From a virus (Duplodnaviria > Caudoviricetes): a DNA stretch of 39,334 bases. A program made the translations under genes and the position numbers. How positions within the stretch are numbered: position 1 is the first letter of the stretch; every line of letters begins with the position of its first letter. The notes under the pieces were generated by a model, which was given only the letters and a program-made list of their open reading frames with translations, was not told where the DNA came from and ran no database searches. Where the stretch lies: the IMG/VR virus record IMGVR_UViG_3300044267_003466, positions 1-39,334 of that record. The stretch is one strand, 5' to 3'. This document shows, in pieces, positions 28,150 to 36,076 of the stretch.

Positions 28150-28427
28150 TGTTAACAGCATATTCTAAGAGGTTGTACTGTATAGAAAGAGGGAGTGCCG
28201 ATTTAACCCTGACGCCTTGAAACACAACCATTCAAGCACGAATTGGAGAACGAAAAAACCTAGTATTACACGCAAGCATTATCAATTGACTATGTATGTA
28301 CACACAATGCCTATGTTATGTACCCGTTTTGATTAAGAACAGGCTACGGTAAGTTAAACTAATCAATCTAAGAACTCTTCCCCTATTAAATACTTAGGAA
28401 CTAGACGGATATTAGTATCAACAGTTG

Positions 28428-28456
28428 TTGACATTAAAACTGATAGGTAGTAGCAT
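28428..28456 (+). promoter_or_regulatory. Early promoter
   Basis: TTGACA-N17-TAGCAT upstream of the AAAGGAG RBS of the first early gene. Confidence 0.75.
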
Positions 28457-28491
28457 GTACATAAGTACTGAATAAACAAAGGAGTTAAGAA

Positions 28492-28770
28492 ATGAACTTT
28501 CTTACACTAAAGAGAATACAATTGCTAAAGGCAAAGGGAGGAACTTTAAGATTCTTCAACGGAGCTGATTGGTATATTGCAGACGAAGATGGTATCGTAC
28601 ACTACTTCAATACTGTGCTTAATACAACGGAGCTTAAAAGTCCCGAGTGGAGCAAGTGGTATTGCGATAAGTACGGTGCAAGAGATGATTTTCAAGAGTG
28701 TATTCAATCATGGATAGATGCATCTATAGAGAATCTAGAGAATCTAAGGAGTGAAGATGTACGGAGATAG
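28492..28770 (+). CDS. Early hypothetical protein
   Basis: 92 aa with AAAGGAG SD. Confidence 0.75.
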   Translation: MNFLTLKRIQLLKAKGGTLRFFNGADWYIADEDGIVHYFNTVLNTTELKSPEWSKWYCDKYGARDDFQECIQSWIDASIENLENLRSEDVRR

Positions 28771-28948
28771 AGAATTTTATCAAAGTATTACAGGACTAAA
28801 AGACGAAGACTTAAAACTAGATAAGTCTAGTGGATTAGATTGCATGAACTGTATGACAGCAATACCTGGAGAAGTATTGGAAGACGCAGGGGATTTTATC
28901 TACCTTAGCGACTACACATGCGAGAATTGTAACGAGCCATTAGGATAA
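28757..28948 (+). CDS. Small CxxC-CxxC zinc-finger protein
   Basis: CMNC...CENC. ATG at 28757 fits the AAGGAG SD better than GTG at 28751. Confidence 0.65.
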   Translation: MYGDREFYQSITGLKDEDLKLDKSSGLDCMNCMTAIPGEVLEDAGDFIYLSDYTCENCNEPLG

Positions 28949-28953
28949 GTAAT

Positions 28954-28997
28954 TATCTAACAGCACTTCGTATCCGTTCACGGAGTGCTGATAGATA
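28954..28997 (+). other. Long intergenic RNA hairpin (possible RNase III site or terminator)
   Basis: TATCTA-A-CAGCACTTCG...CGGAGTGCTG-A-TAGATA. Confidence 0.65.
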
Positions 28998-29031
28998 CTT
29001 ATAAGGAGTATCAAAAAAGGGAGGTCTAAAC

Positions 29032-29379
29032 ATGAAGAATGTTGATGACATGAATAAAAAAGATTGGCAGAAGATATTAGATAAAAGAATAATTGACATT
29101 GCTGAACTGGAGAAACTAAACGAGTCAGGCGAACTCGGTAAAGGTTATGAGCAAGTAGAGAACTACTTTAATGAATCTGATGACGAGGGGTGTGCCTACT
29201 GTGAAGATGTATTGGATTATGACACTGATGCGAACATGTACCAATATACTCATGAGCATGGTAACGAAGAATACCTATGCAACAAGGCATGTTCCTATGG
29301 ACATCAAAGAAGCCGATTAATGAGTTTTAAGATTACATTAGGACAACTGGAGAAACTTGCTAAAGGAGAAGAAGTATAA
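29032..29379 (+). CDS. Early protein with Cys cluster (CxxC...CxxxC)
   Basis: 115 aa, GGGAGG SD, CAYC and CNKAC. Confidence 0.7.
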   Translation: MKNVDDMNKKDWQKILDKRIIDIAELEKLNESGELGKGYEQVENYFNESDDEGCAYCEDVLDYDTDANMYQYTHEHGNEEYLCNKACSYGHQRSRLMSFKITLGQLEKLAKGEEV

Positions 29380-29807
29380 TGCATGGTTACGGCTTAAAGG
29401 ATAAGAGATACAAGCTAACTCAACAAGATGTTAATGACATAAGAGAGCTGAAGAAGTTAGGATTCAGTAACAGAGAACTAGCATTATCCTTTGCAGTATC
29501 TCCTACAACCATAGTTTATTGGTGCAATGATGAAAGTAGAGCTAAGCAGAGGTTAAAGAATGCTAAGCGAAAACCTAATGCACATGAGTTAGAGCGTAAA
29601 AAAGAAAGAGATAAGCAGAAGAGGAAAGAAAATTGGGAAGAAACTCCCGTATCTCAACTTAGACATATTTATCACTCCAGGAAGTCTGATAAGAGAGCAG
29701 AGTTTAAGAGTATGTTGGGATACGATAGAGAAGTTTGGGATAGGATAGCAGAGAAAGGCTTGCTGAATAGACCAAATTCAAAGATAGTAATAGAGGAGGA
29801 AGAATGA
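29379..29807 (+). CDS. HTH DNA-binding protein
   Basis: KLTQQDVNDIREL...SNRELALSFAVSPTTIVYW helix-turn-helix followed by a basic tail. Confidence 0.75.
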   Translation: MHGYGLKDKRYKLTQQDVNDIRELKKLGFSNRELALSFAVSPTTIVYWCNDESRAKQRLKNAKRKPNAHELERKKERDKQKRKENWEETPVSQLRHIYHSRKSDKRAEFKSMLGYDREVWDRIAEKGLLNRPNSKIVIEEEE

Positions 29808-29977
29808 TAATTAATATAGAAATAGATACAGGTAATGAAGCCTTTGGTAATGATAGAATCTTTGAAGTTCAAAGAATATTAACAAGATATGTACCAGAGA
29901 TTAAAGAAAAAGATTACATAAATCTGTATGACCTGAATGGAAATAAAGTTGGATTCATTCAAGATACAGAATATTAA
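29804..29977 (+). CDS. Small phage hypothetical protein (57 aa)
   Basis: Hand translation MIINIEIDTGNEAFGNDRIFEVQRIL...LYDLNGNKVG; ATGA overlap and GGAGG SD. Confidence 0.75.
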   Translation: MIINIEIDTGNEAFGNDRIFEVQRILTRYVPEIKEKDYINLYDLNGNKVGFIQDTEY

Positions 29978-29991
29978 AAAGGAAAGGAAGA

Positions 29992-30189
29992 ATGAATAAA
30001 AATACTTGGCGATATATTTACTTTTATAGAAAAATAGGGGAAAAAGGTATGTTCTATTTTGATATTATAACCGATATGGGGAAAAAGGGTGCTGAACTTC
30101 AAGCATTGGAGTATATGGATAATATTGGAGATAAAGAAAATTGGGATAGCTTAACATATATAAGCAAAAGATTACAAAGTAGGGGGTGA
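29992..30189 (+). CDS. Hypothetical protein (65 aa)
   Basis: AAAGGA SD, in operon order. Confidence 0.6.
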   Translation: MNKNTWRYIYFYRKIGEKGMFYFDIITDMGKKGAELQALEYMDNIGDKENWDSLTYISKRLQSRG

Positions 30190-30193
30190 GAGA

Positions 30194-30406
30194 ATGACTA
30201 GAAAGCACTTTAGAGCTATTGCAGAAGTTATAAAGAGCATGAAAGAGGAAAAGGATTTGTTTCAAGGAGATTTGTTGGAAGAAGAACTTTTTTATCTTAC
30301 ATTGAAACTAGCTGATAAATTCAAAGACATGAATGCTAACTTTAACCATGATAAATTCATGGAAGCATGTGGATTTGAAAAAAATAAAGAAATAGTCAAC
30401 ATATAA
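30194..30406 (+). CDS. Small phage hypothetical protein (70 aa)
   Basis: MTRKHFRAIAEVI...NANFNHDKFMEACG, a pattern I recognise from phage early proteins; function unknown. Confidence 0.7.
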   Translation: MTRKHFRAIAEVIKSMKEEKDLFQGDLLEEELFYLTLKLADKFKDMNANFNHDKFMEACGFEKNKEIVNI

Positions 30407-30429
30407 CGACAACAGTTATATAATGATTA

Positions 30430-30622
30430 GGTTATCTACTGCGATTAGGTTAAGTGATACTTTAACCCTGTTTCGTTAAACCTATAAGCAGTAGGTAGCT
30501 TGTAGCACATAGGGTTTGAGAGGTAAAAATTGTGAGGATATTTAACCAGTTACTCATAGACTGGCTCCTTTGTACCAATATCAATTTTCCTTGTGTGTTA
30601 CAAGCTATCTATAGTAGGTAGC
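30430..30622 (+). ncRNA. Structured intergenic RNA element(s)
   Basis: Stem 30430-30442/30488-30500 and long stem 30492-30513/30589-30611 with several G.U pairs. Confidence 0.6.
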
Positions 30623-30650
30623 ATTGGTTAAGAAAGAAAGGGGGGAAATT

Positions 30651-31484
30651 TTGGATTACCAAAACGACCCATACATTGACGAATGGACAGGTTATAGTTA
30701 CGAAACAGACGAAAACGGTATCGTAAATAACCTTAATCCAGGAAACAATAAGGATATGAGCCAATTTGATAGCGTTGCAAAGACGCAACCGTTACGAAAT
30801 TGGTTAACAACCTCCCAAAAAGTTAACGAAAAGGCGATTGTATCTTTTCTTGGGGATAGTGTGCTAGATTGTGATAGCTATACTAAGTCTAAGAAAAATA
30901 CAGTAGATTATATCTTAGAGCTACTTCCTAACGGAAAACGCAATAAAGATTTAGTCAACGACCAAAGTGTTGACGGATATACGATATATGATGTGCTTGG
31001 CAGTTGCGATAAAGCGAATGACAAATCTGATTATATTGTTATATCGGCAGGAGGAAACGACTTATTACAAAATGCGTTGCCTTTATTGGCAAAGGATTTA
31101 GAAATTAACGATTTATTCGGACTTCTAAATAGACAACTAGACAATAATATAGACGCATACAAAACTGTAATAGGACAGTTGAAAAAAGACGGCAGGAAGT
31201 TTTTGCTATTGACCTGTTATGACGGGAACATGGCTTATGACTTTAATAGCTATCAAGATATAGATAATATCTGTGAAACAGTTGTATCTATGTGGAACGA
31301 TAGAATATACCGTCTAGCTAGTGAATTTAACTATGTTGATGTGTTAGAAACACGAAACATATTTGATGAAACTTGTTACTTCAACGATATAGAGCCGAAT
31401 GATAGAGGTGCAAAGCGATTAGCAAAGCACATTCATAATTGGCTAGTCAGAAATGACGCAACTAATGTAGGAGGTAGTAAGTAA
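30651..31484 (+). CDS. SGNH/GDSL hydrolase family protein
   Basis: Block I FLGDSVLD, block II VDG, block III SAGGND, block V DIEPN. TTG at 30651 follows a G-rich SD (the ORF track starts at 30624). Confidence 0.8.
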   Translation: MDYQNDPYIDEWTGYSYETDENGIVNNLNPGNNKDMSQFDSVAKTQPLRNWLTTSQKVNEKAIVSFLGDSVLDCDSYTKSKKNTVDYILELLPNGKRNKDLVNDQSVDGYTIYDVLGSCDKANDKSDYIVISAGGNDLLQNALPLLAKDLEINDLFGLLNRQLDNNIDAYKTVIGQLKKDGRKFLLLTCYDGNMAYDFNSYQDIDNICETVVSMWNDRIYRLASEFNYVDVLETRNIFDETCYFNDIEPNDRGAKRLAKHIHNWLVRNDATNVGGSK

Positions 31485-31744
31485 AACTACTTCCTACATA
31501 AGTAGGTAGCTTGAAGACAACGGCTGAACAGTCTTAGTTTAAGTACGGACGCAGACATTTATCGTTTAGAGATAAACGGACTATGCATAGGTAAGCCACA
31601 TGTTTTGCTGTCGTGGAGTAAGTAAGCTAGTTGTCTTCAAGCTATCTATAAATATGTATAAACTACCCCTTTGTTTATACAGTACTGGGAGACTACCGTA
31701 GCTATTTGTCTAAGCCCATAGTTAAAAGTTACGGATAGTCTTCC
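31465..31744 (+). ncRNA. Cluster of long RNA hairpins
   Basis: 14-bp stem 31465-31499, 19-bp stem closing 31503-31648, 8-bp stem 31656-31680, and ~17-bp stem 31687-31744. Confidence 0.65.
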
Positions 31745-31765
31745 TTATATTTATGGAAATAGTTG

Positions 31766-31794
31766 TTGACAAATAATATTATTAGTACTAATCT
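31766..31794 (+). promoter_or_regulatory. Early/middle promoter
   Basis: TTGACA-N17-TAATCT upstream of an AGGAGG RBS. Confidence 0.75.
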
Positions 31795-31811
31795 TTTACT
31801 TAGGAGGTTAA

Positions 31812-31997
31812 ATGGATAAAGTATGGTTACAGAAAGTTAATGCTAGTTTTTATGTTCCTTATAATCCTGGATTAACAGAACAAGAGAGAACTGCAATAGC
31901 AAAAAAAGTATTTAAGATGAAGTCTGATGATATTGACTTCTTTGATATAACTTTATCTCCTACCATTGAATCAACTTATGTGGAGGAGGAAGAATAA
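31812..31997 (+). CDS. Hypothetical protein (61 aa)
   Basis: AGGAGG SD after the promoter. Confidence 0.75.
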   Translation: MDKVWLQKVNASFYVPYNPGLTEQERTAIAKKVFKMKSDDIDFFDITLSPTIESTYVEEEE

Positions 31998-32149
31998 TGG
32001 CATACGAATACAAAGTTGAGGTTCGTTTTATGGGAGAGAACTATGAGGACGCAGAGAATTTTGTTCACTCTATGAGTGGTAGTGACTGGATAGAACATTT
32101 AGAAACTACATCAGGATTAGATGTAGAAGAAACAAGAGAGGAAGAATAA
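31997..32149 (+). CDS. Hypothetical acidic protein (50 aa)
   Basis: Hand translation MAYEYKVEVRFMGENYEDAE...REEE; TAATG coupling at both ends. Confidence 0.7.
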   Translation: MAYEYKVEVRFMGENYEDAENFVHSMSGSDWIEHLETTSGLDVEETREEE

Positions 32150-32295
32150 TGGCTAATAATCCAGTTATATGGGATATTACTTTAGTTGATGATGATGATA
32201 AGTGGTACACCATACAGAATGTTGAACTATTAAATGACATAATTGATGTTAATGATTTGATATTAATAGATAAACCAAAGGAGGAGGAGGAATGA
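32149..32295 (+). CDS. Hypothetical acidic protein (48 aa)
   Basis: MANNPVIWDITLVDDDDKW...KEEEE, coupled at both ends. Confidence 0.7.
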   Translation: MANNPVIWDITLVDDDDKWYTIQNVELLNDIIDVNDLILIDKPKEEEE

Positions 32296-32378
32296 AAGAT
32301 TATTTTTCACAAAATCAGGAAGCCATTCATCATTATATGTGGAAGAGTAAACAGAATATTAAGGAGGAGGAAGAATAA
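32292..32378 (+). CDS. Micropeptide (28 aa)
   Basis: MKDYFSQNQEAIHHYMWKSKQNIKEEEE; strong SD, ATGA and TAATG overlaps. Confidence 0.6.
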   Translation: MKDYFSQNQEAIHHYMWKSKQNIKEEEE

Positions 32379-32470
32379 TGGAACATTGGATAGCCATGAT
32401 ACTCGTAGTTAGTTTTATTATGAGTGTGGTTAATAGCATAAGAGATGCTAGGAGGAAGAATGAAAGTTAA
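32378..32470 (+). CDS. Single-pass membrane micropeptide (30 aa)
   Basis: MEHWIAMILVVSFIMSVVNSIRDARRKNES; strong SD. Confidence 0.6.
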   Translation: MEHWIAMILVVSFIMSVVNSIRDARRKNES

Positions 32471-32627
32471 AGAATGTAGTATTTGTGAAAGAGAAATAAA
32501 AGGTAAAAGCCATAACGCAGAGCCACTTTCTTCAGGTATATGTTGTGATTTGTGTAACACATTAGTTGTACAAAAAAGATTAATGGATATACATATACAA
32601 GATATAGAAAGAAAACAAAGACAATGA
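32460..32627 (+). CDS. Small zinc-finger protein
   Basis: MKVKECSIC...HNAEPL..GICCDLCN; the AGGAGG SD favours ATG at 32460. Confidence 0.7.
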   Translation: MKVKECSICEREIKGKSHNAEPLSSGICCDLCNTLVVQKRLMDIHIQDIERKQRQ

Positions 32628-32833
32628 TACATATACTTAAATGTTATGGTGGAACAGTTGGTTATTATCAAGATACTAAACCTAACTTAAAAAAACTTCT
32701 TAAAGAGTGGGAAGAAGAGGGAATGAGTATTGCAAACGATAAGATATATTCATTCAAGAACTTAACAGAAGTAAACAAGTTTCTTCTAAAAGAAATAAAT
32801 GTTTATAACGAGGAACAAAACTATGGCAATTAG
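32624..32833 (+). CDS. Hypothetical protein (69 aa)
   Basis: ATGA overlap with the upstream gene. Confidence 0.6.
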   Translation: MIHILKCYGGTVGYYQDTKPNLKKLLKEWEEEGMSIANDKIYSFKNLTEVNKFLLKEINVYNEEQNYGN

Positions 32834-33110
32834 TCAATACTGCACAGATTTATTTAGAGATGTGGAAGTACCTAAAGATAAACTTAAAACACAAAGAGAA
32901 CTTTACGAATGGGTATTAACAACTTTCAGAAACGATAAACCTTTAGCTAACTATGAACTTGTTTTTGACCTAAGAATGACAAGACATGGTGGCATTCTAT
33001 TTAATTTAAGAAAAGACGGGTGGATTGTAGAAACTATTGGAGGAGGAAAAGACAGTAGTTTTAGGCTAATATCAAAGCCAAATGAAGACCTTAAACTCTT
33101 TACAAACTAG
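32823..33110 (+). CDS. Winged-helix DNA-binding protein
   Basis: LANYELVFDLRMTRHGGILFNLRKDGWIVET wHTH-like pattern; the GAGGA SD favours ATG at 32823. Confidence 0.6.
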   Translation: MAISQYCTDLFRDVEVPKDKLKTQRELYEWVLTTFRNDKPLANYELVFDLRMTRHGGILFNLRKDGWIVETIGGGKDSSFRLISKPNEDLKLFTN

Positions 33111-33136
33111 CAAATAGCTATTAACATAGTAAATAG

Positions 33137-33337
33137 ATGTTCACAATAATAAGTACGAGCATAGACGGAAAGCAAGAAAAATTTTCTTGTGAGAGCCGAG
33201 AGGAAGTCTCAAAATTAATAACGAGATTGAGAGACTTCCCGTTTAACCACTTTCTAATATCAGTATTAGAGGAGGGAAAACCAATAATCGTACAAAAAGA
33301 AATTGGAGACATTATTCTTACACAGAATAGTTATTAG
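33137..33337 (+). CDS. Hypothetical protein (66 aa)
   Basis: ORF in operon order; no SD, possibly leaderless. Confidence 0.55.
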   Translation: MFTIISTSIDGKQEKFSCESREEVSKLITRLRDFPFNHFLISVLEEGKPIIVQKEIGDIILTQNSY

Positions 33338-33346
33338 AGGAGGAAG

Positions 33347-33619
33347 ATGAACGAAAGTAAGACAACTATCATATTCAATGTTGAGTTAACTAGCAATGCG
33401 TCAGACGGGATAGTTAAACACGCAACTGAAAAGATACAAAAGGGTTTAAGAGACAATGAGTTAGAGGAGAAATTTTTAACAAGTGAAAGAAAAAAACTTA
33501 TGGAATTTCTTATTAACGAAATGAATTGGAAAGTTACGAAAGTTGCAGAAGAGCTTGGATTAACAAGGCAAAGAGTGTACAAGATACTATCAAAGGAGGA
33601 TAGCAATGGAAATGAATAA
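33347..33619 (+). CDS. HTH DNA-binding protein
   Basis: C-terminal VTKVAEELGLTRQRVYKIL helix-turn-helix. Confidence 0.8.
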   Translation: MNESKTTIIFNVELTSNASDGIVKHATEKIQKGLRDNELEEKFLTSERKKLMEFLINEMNWKVTKVAEELGLTRQRVYKILSKEDSNGNE

Positions 33620-34568
33620 GGAAACTTATGAACAGTTAACAAGACCGTTTAGTAAAGAGGAAATACAACCTGCACCAAAAGGAAAATTTGGTAGCTATGT
33701 TCCTCATCATTTAATAACAAGAAGATTGAATGAAGTAGTACCTGGAAAGTGGAACTATGTTATTAAAGAGGTTATAAGAAACAAAGACGGAGAGATAGAG
33801 GGTGCTATTTGTAGTATGTCTATTGACGGACTTAAAAGTCCTATGGAGGAAATAGGAGATGTTAACCAAAACGACAAAAAGAACTTCGGAACTGAAAGCG
33901 AACTACTAAAGCTAGTTGCAAGTGACGGAATAAAAAGATGTGCCATGAGATTTGGAATTGGACTCCATTTGTGGACAGGGGAAGAAGTTGAATGGTTTGG
34001 CAAAGAAGATGCTAAACAATCAAAACCTGATGCTTCAAAAAATTCTGAAGTTAAACAGGGAAATACAGTTAAATCTGTTGGAGAACAACTTAATTATTTT
34101 ATGAGCCAAATGGTTAAAGATGAAAAATTAAAAGTGGAAATCCAAAACAAAGCATACCAACATCTAGTCAAAGAAGTAGACAGTAGTGAGAGACTACCTG
34201 AAGATGTAGAAGATTGGAATGCAAATCAAATGGGTACTTTCATGGACAAATTTGAAGTACTTTTGAATGCTTATAATGATGATTTAGAAGCACCGTTTAC
34301 TGATGATACTTCAGCTATAAGTAATGTATTCGGAGAGCCAACAGATGTATCACATAAACTAGATGAGGGAGGTGATGAAGAAATGAGTGATGAGTGGAAA
34401 GAAAATCCTGCAAGTGTTAATCAAATGAAATGGGTTAACGATATTATTAGAAAAGCAACTGATAATAACATAGACGGTCTTGCAGAATTAAAAAAACTTT
34501 ATGGAGACGGGAATATCACAGGTGGTATTGCTAGTGAAATAATTACTAACTGGAAAGACAAGGTTTAG
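33606..34568 (+). CDS. sak: Rad52/Rad22-family (Sak) single-strand annealing protein
   Basis: LTRPF...YV.HHLI..RLNEVV.GKW...K.VASDGIKRCAMRFGIGLHLW, the Rad52-like signature, followed by an acidic tail. Confidence 0.85.
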   Translation: MEMNKETYEQLTRPFSKEEIQPAPKGKFGSYVPHHLITRRLNEVVPGKWNYVIKEVIRNKDGEIEGAICSMSIDGLKSPMEEIGDVNQNDKKNFGTESELLKLVASDGIKRCAMRFGIGLHLWTGEEVEWFGKEDAKQSKPDASKNSEVKQGNTVKSVGEQLNYFMSQMVKDEKLKVEIQNKAYQHLVKEVDSSERLPEDVEDWNANQMGTFMDKFEVLLNAYNDDLEAPFTDDTSAISNVFGEPTDVSHKLDEGGDEEMSDEWKENPASVNQMKWVNDIIRKATDNNIDGLAELKKLYGDGNITGGIASEIITNWKDKV

Positions 34569-34570
34569 TA

Positions 34571-34885
34571 ATGTCATCAGAAGAAGATTTACAACCTATA
34601 TCCTTTGATGTGGATAAACTTAGAGCTAAGTTGGAGAAGAAATTTCCTGATTATGATTTTTCTAAACCTGCACCAAAGGATAGGAGATGTAAGATAACAA
34701 CTAAAGATGAGTGTCCTCTTTCTTATGAGGATAGGACACTTATCTATCAAGATGACGATTTAGTCTGTGTTTATAAGTACAAACTACAAGACCCTGTTAT
34801 ATCTCACAAGTACGAAGAAAAGTACTGTATGGCAGTATTAAAAACAAAAGAAGAACTAGAAAATGAAAGTAAAGGTGTGTTTTAA
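34571..34885 (+). CDS. Hypothetical protein (4 Cys)
   Basis: 104 aa, in operon order. Confidence 0.65.
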   Translation: MSSEEDLQPISFDVDKLRAKLEKKFPDYDFSKPAPKDRRCKITTKDECPLSYEDRTLIYQDDDLVCVYKYKLQDPVISHKYEEKYCMAVLKTKEELENESKGVF

Positions 34886-34887
34886 TC

Positions 34888-35178
34888 ATGAATAAAAGAA
34901 ATAAGAAGAAGAAAGGTAACATATTTTCAGAAGCACAAATAATGAAAGAGTGGTCTATGGAATTATCAGATGCTTGTGGAAGTTTGTTAACAGGGAAAAA
35001 GCCCAATATATCTAGGATAGATAGTTTAATTGAACAATTCGTAAAAGATTACAATATCAATATGATGGCAATTGAAAGTCAACAAGATGATACACCATCA
35101 CAGGAAGATTTGGAAGAAATGTTCAAAGGTTTAAGCAAGGAAGAAGTAGATAAGCTAACCAAAAAAGAAGAGGAATAA
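34888..35178 (+). CDS. Hypothetical protein
   Basis: 96 aa, basic N-terminus and acidic C-terminus. Confidence 0.65.
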   Translation: MNKRNKKKKGNIFSEAQIMKEWSMELSDACGSLLTGKKPNISRIDSLIEQFVKDYNINMMAIESQQDDTPSQEDLEEMFKGLSKEEVDKLTKKEEE

Positions 35179-35345
35179 TGAAAGCAACACCTAAACAAAT
35201 ATCCGAAGTAACAGATTTAATTAATGTTGGCTATGACTTTGGTTGGGAGTTTAAGGAACAACCTAAGACCACAGATTTTGATAACAACAATAAGACTATG
35301 AAAGAAGTAGGATACCTACACGAACATTATGCGAAGATACTATGA
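35178..35345 (+). CDS. Hypothetical protein (55 aa) sharing its N-terminus with ORF 36249-36506
   Basis: MKATPKQISEVTDLINVGYDFGWEF...; TAATG and ATGA overlaps. Confidence 0.65.
   Translation: MKATPKQISEVTDLINVGYDFGWEFKEQPKTTDFDNNNKTMKEVGYLHEHYAKIL
35181..35225 (+). repeat. 45-bp direct repeat, copy 1
   Basis: 43/45 identical to 36255-36299. Confidence 0.9.
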
Positions 35346-36076
35346 AAAGTAGCTTATACAATGGCGATTGTTTAGAGTATATGAAAGAAGATATGTTTGT
35401 TGGACAGGTGCATACAACCATAACAAGTCCACCATACAATATGAATTTACGAATTAAATATGGTAAGTATCTAAAAAGAACTGAAAAAAGTAAAATATCA
35501 ACTAAATATAAAAACTTTTCTGATGACCTAAGTATGGAAGAATACTATGAATTTAATAAAGAAGTAATACATTACTTGCTACAAATTTCTGACTTAGTAT
35601 TTTATAATGTTCAGTTCCTAACAGGTAACAAGAGAGCATTGTTCAAACTAATGGGAGAGTTTAATGAACAGATTAAAGAAGTAATCATTTGGAACAAGGT
35701 AAACGCACAACCTGCTATGGGAGAGAAAGTATTGAATAGTCAGTATGAAGTAATACTTGTATTTGACAAAGATAACGCAATATCCAGAAAGTTTGACACA
35801 GCTACATTTGACAGAGGTACATTGTCTAATGTATGGGATATTAAAAGAGGAAAGAAACTCAACAAAGAACACGGAGCTGTCTTTCCAGAAGAATTAGTTG
35901 AAAAGATATTACATAACTTTACCAAACCTGGTGATGTAGTACTTGACCCTTTTATGGGAACAGGAACTGTTGGGGTTGTATGTAATAGGTTGAAAAGATG
36001 GTTCATTGGTATAGAATTAGATGAAGATTATTTTAATTTTGCCAAAGAAAGAATAGAGATAGAGGAGAGTATATGA
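35342..36076 (+). CDS. DNA methyltransferase, N4-C/N6-A family, beta class
   Basis: Catalytic TSPPY precedes H.AVFP and the SAM-binding VLDPFMGTGT; GIEL also present. Confidence 0.92.
   Translation: MKSSLYNGDCLEYMKEDMFVGQVHTTITSPPYNMNLRIKYGKYLKRTEKSKISTKYKNFSDDLSMEEYYEFNKEVIHYLLQISDLVFYNVQFLTGNKRALFKLMGEFNEQIKEVIIWNKVNAQPAMGEKVLNSQYEVILVFDKDNAISRKFDTATFDRGTLSNVWDIKRGKKLNKEHGAVFPEELVEKILHNFTKPGDVVLDPFMGTGTVGVVCNRLKRWFIGIELDEDYFNFAKERIEIEESI

Noticed and set aside
30430-31744. CRISPR mini-array or MITE
   Set aside because: The repeats are short, inverted and irregularly spaced; conserved G.U pairs favour RNA stems; no target-site duplication, transposase or cas gene is seen.
31687-31744. Pistol/twister ribozyme suggested by UAAGCCC
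   Set aside because: The complementary pseudoknot strand and other conserved core nucleotides could not be placed.
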